A stretch of 64,000 nucleotides of DNA from Vezdaea acicularis. Its lineage: Eukaryota. Location: contig JAPEUI010000027.1 in the NCBI GenBank assembly GCA_026025075.1, positions 62,001-126,000 of the forward strand, written 5' to 3'. The notes under the pieces were generated by a model. It did not search any database and had not been told where the DNA came from. It worked only from the letters and a program-made list of their open reading frames with translations. How positions within the stretch are numbered: position 1 is the stretch's first letter; each line of letters starts with the position of its first letter. This document shows positions 60,132-64,000 of the stretch, piece after piece. The position numbers were made by a program, and so were the translations under genes.

Positions 60132-62537
60132 TTACGCTAGGATGCCTAGATCTTCGCCACGATCACGCCTCGACTGCACCTCCCAGGAACGCACAGCGAT
60201 CCGACAGAGCTCTCTCGCCACAATGTTTCGATCGCCATGCACGGCCGTCTTCTCAATAGCGAGCTTGGCTACGAAGAGGCGGTTGATGGGCACATTCGGA
60301 TCGTTGTTTTCTGGAGCCATATTGTGGTGGGGGAAGCCTGTATGAAAATTCTTGAGGAAGCGAATCCAAGCGAGAGACCACAGGATGTCGTGATTCTCCT
60401 GCTTATGCAGATGATCGAAAGCATCGCGGAGCTTATGTGTGATCTCGTATTGCTGCTTCCTGAAATCGAGGTTACAGAACTGGCCCAGTGTAATCCAAAA
60501 TCTAAACTCGTCATGAGCTTTGTTCTCACCCTCCGGTCTATTGACACCATGCTTGTGAGGGGGAAAGACTAAAACAGGATCGAATTCGATCGTGTGGTCG
60601 GCGATCAATGCCTCGATAATTTGTACCTTGTAACTCTCAAGTTGAGGCAGGTCCTTTAACTCCGTGTCCGTCTCCGGCTTAGCCACCGCCCTAAGAGCAA
60701 GTTTAAGAAAGCCCCACGCTAAGAGCATTTCAAAGTGCATATCATGAAACTGAGCAGTCTCGTCAGACGGATCCCGTTGAACAAGTATACCAGCCTCCAG
60801 TCTATCAGCAAACAGCTTGCACAGGTCATGGTCTCGCAACACAAACGCCCAACCCTTCGTCGAATACCAGGTTGAGTCGAGGAACTCATCCAATGCAGGT
60901 GCGTATTTAGTTCTATATGCTAGTAACAGCTCGTCTTGAATGATAGGGTCGAGCGTGGTTGTCCCGTTGGTGCCGACCGAAGGTTTGGAGGGAGGGACAG
61001 CCCCTCCGGCGGCGAGGTAATTATCTATCGTGATCCCCTTTGCTATAATAGTCAGATCGTCTGCGGCACTAGAGTGAGGAGCAGCTTGAGAAATATAAAT
61101 CTGATGAGGAGCATGAAAAGAAAGTGGGTGAAGGTTAGGGTATTCGCCTAACCCACGCTTACGAGCCGGACCTTGAGCGCGTGTCAAGGGCAGCTTCGTA
61201 TATCGCACAAGCTGCATATAATGCTTGTGTGCGTGCCCAACGAGATATGGAGGAATATCGAGAGACAAAGGATCGTAGGAAATGGAGACAACACCTCTTG
61301 GTTGAGTGTCCGACGTTGCATTGGAGAACGGACTACCTCCTTCGCCTTTCACTTCAGGTCGATATGGCTGCGTTCCCTCGTAAGCCGGTGGCGGTACGCT
61401 CATCTGTGGTGGTGCGGCTGCCTCGAGAGCAGGATCGATGGCGGGATTGTAGTCAAACGGCTCGGCCGATGATGCTGGAGAGCTGTTGCCCGTTGACAGC
61501 GGTGGAGCATATCCGCCAGAGGCCGAACTTTGATAGTATGGAGCAGGCTGGCCACCCGTGGTCGGAGCAGAGCTCGGTGCCGGCTGGATAGCGGTCGGTC
61601 CACTCGGTTGTGATCGAAAGATAGGGTCATAACCCATACAGTCACGTTTGCTCTTCTGGCAGTTACGACACACCGGGTGAGCTTCGTCGCACTGTTCGAC
61701 GCCGAAGGATTAGCATCATTTTGGTACTAGAGGTGAGATGGAAATGATGAGATATAGCCATCGGGGCCGAGATGCAGCCACGGCACGCCACGACGCTTCT
61801 CCATCGAGGCAGGTACACGATGATTGACATCTCGCTTGTTTAACCGATTCACTCGGTAATAGACGAGTGAAGCTACCGATCCGATGGTGGACAAAGCGAG
61901 GGAGCGAGCGGCGACCGCATTCAAAAACATCATGGGGAAGAAAAAGCTGGTCGGACGTCGACAAACTCACCTTGATTCGTCGCTTCCGACACGTCAAACA
62001 GCCCGTCTTGGTCCGACGCTTGATCTCCTTCTTGTGCCTTCCTCCCGACATGATCCGACTGTCGTTCGGCAATTGGTAGCGCATGCCCTGGTGATGTGGA
62101 GAGGACGTGACGTTGGGGTGTTGATGGCCCGGTGGTGGGAGATTCTGGTGTTGCTGTCCGTAGTACGCGGGAACCTGACCGCCCGGCGGTGGCAGTGGCG
62201 AGCCCATCCCGACCTGCTGCTGTTGCGGTTGACGAGGGTCGATGGATCGGATGGGAGGGAGATTGAGACTGGGGAGCGAGACGTGTGATCCGGTGGGCGA
62301 GGCACGATAGGGTTCGACGTTCTGCTGTTGTTGAGGAGCAGGATAGGCGTAGGCGGACATGGAAGGGGACGGGTACGAGTGCGGCGACGGGTAGGAGGTC
62401 GGCTGGCGCGACTGCGAGGTGTTCTGCTGTTGCGACATGCCGGTCATGTAAGGCTGCGCGTAGCCAGGATGAGGCGGCGACGGTGTTGACGGGGCGGAGG
62501 GCGGGTTATCCAGATGGGACAGATGATGATGCGACAT
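60132..62537 (-). CDS. Zn(II)2Cys6 transcription factor
   Basis: P/Q-rich N-terminus. KRRTKTGCLTCRKRRIK|CDEAHPVCRNCQKSKRDC across an intron at about 61693-61970 gives the complete six-Cys binuclear cluster. Confidence 0.92.
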
Positions 62538-64000
62538 GGAGGCCGACGGAGAAGGGAGAGAAGGAGAGGAGCAGGAGGACGGCGGCGGTCGATGGGATAC
62601 GGTCGCCCTTTGGAATTCTCACGGAGAACTCGGTCTGCTTTTGCGTGTGTCGGGGCCCAGTGGCCGCAGTCAGACGAGAATGGCCGAATCAGGCGTGGAT
62701 CAACCGCGGGTGATGATCGAAGGCGAGGCAGAAGCGAACCCAAGCGAGATCGCGAAACCGAACGGCGAGGGTCGTCTGGGGGCCGGGTCGTCTGCTGGCG
62801 ATGAGACGAGGGCGCGAGCTGCGAGCGAGAACGAGGCTTTGGACTCGAGGTAAAAAGGAATGACGCTGGACGGGTTGCGAGCGGCGGCGGGCTTGTGGCG
62901 ATGAGCGTGTCGACGAAGATGAGAGAGAGAGGACAAGGGGCGAGCAGGAAAGAGCTTGGGAGAAAAATGGGAAAATGAGAGAGAAAAAATCGGAGACTGC
63001 GGCACCGTGTCAACTCGACCGTCCGAGCGTGGGCAGCGAGTCAGGCCGCGGGGGAGGGCCACTTGGGCAACTTTCCGTTCCTCTCTGGCCGCCGGATAGG
63101 GAGCTGCTCACGTGTCACCGTCCGCTGCCCGTAACCTGTGACCTGACGTCTTCTCGACGGGCGCCCTCCTTAGGCACCGTGTTGTTGCTGGTGCTCGGTG
63201 GTGCTCTGCGGTGCTTCGCTGCTCGGCCCCGTGCAGTTTCGTCGTGGCGCGCAAAAGAATGTTGTTTGGGCCTTGCCAAGCGCGGGAATGCGCCGAGCCT
63301 GAGCGGAGGCTGATGCGTCTCGTCTGAGCAGCGATTGGTAATGCGCGGACCAGTCCGGTTGGCGAGAGGAAGAAAGAGAGAGCCGCTGGGCGAGTGGAGC
63401 GGGATGGGAGATAGGTGAATCTGGCGTGTCTTCGGCAGCAAGCAGCAACAGACAGCGCGGGCGGCGTCGAGGATTATCGCATTTATTCCCTCGAGATGAA
63501 CCGCCAAAACGAATATCCTGTGAGCAGGGCGGGCTTGGCGAAGGGTCCGGGGCGGCGTCAGATTGGCTGGGGCCGGTGCGACGGGTAAAGTTAGCGAACG
63601 GGGATGGAGGTGGGAGGAGGCGGCGGCGGTAGCGAGACACAGCACGCGGGTGACAAAAAAACCGTCACACCAAAATAGTCGAGAGCGATGAAATTTAATT
63701 GTGAAGAGCTAGCTAATATCCAGTCATTCTCCCTTCGCAATTAATGACTTCCTGTAACCTCTGAGGCATTGATAGTACCTGTGCATTAATAAACTCCTGT
63801 GAGACCATAGCCCAGCCCTCGTATATCAGTTCTCGCGTGGTTGTATCATCCCAATGAGGGTATTTGTTGAGATTTTGCTTGGGAATCTGCCAGCAATTTT
63901 CAATTGGTGACAGATCTGGTGATGAAGGGCAATTAAAATAATGCTTTAGGCTATGATTATCCTTCCAATTTCTTACAATATTGGATTTTCCAGGCCCGTG

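Noticed and set aside
62538..63645. ORFs upstream of the Zn2Cys6 gene
   Set aside because: GC-rich leader/promoter sequence; overlapping frames with no coding signature.
1..64000. tRNA, 5S rRNA, snRNA, TPP riboswitch, transposon or secondary-metabolite cluster
   Set aside because: By eye I found no cloverleaf, consensus match, transposase/RT ORF, terminal repeats, AT-rich RIP-like block or PKS/NRPS. A tRNAscan/Rfam run is needed to exclude small RNAs.

Overview
Eukaryotic, intron-rich, gene-dense DNA from a filamentous ascomycete (Pezizomycotina-type GT..AG introns with CTRAY branch points). I manually reconstructed about 28 spliced protein-coding genes. Most are housekeeping: prefoldin 1 (missed by the ORF track, cut by the window edge), alkaline ceramidase, TMF1/Sgm1 golgin, NAS6, PRP46, ORC1, BNA7, eIF3h, DIS3, GCN20, SEC13, PEX20, PUF6, TIM54, a D-2-hydroxyacid dehydrogenase, SAH1, an Fpg glycosylase, MIX23 and NAT1. 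There is also a secreted GPI-type PQQ/sorbosone dehydrogenase, an F-box-like protein, a Zn2Cys6 factor, a UPF0643-like protein and three poorly characterised genes. I recognised no tRNA, rRNA, transposon or CRISPR, and I cannot support a new multi-gene system. The best leads are: an orphan low-complexity protein ending in GGS[Q/R]Y tandem repeats; a PEX20/4-TM gene pair whose stop codons are 2 nt apart; two GC-AG introns; several stop-free 3n introns; a possible mitochondrial BNA7 isoform; a degenerate ~149-bp tandem repeat; and recurring C-rich then G-rich skew switches at gene 3' ends. Family calls are from motif recognition only, with no database search.
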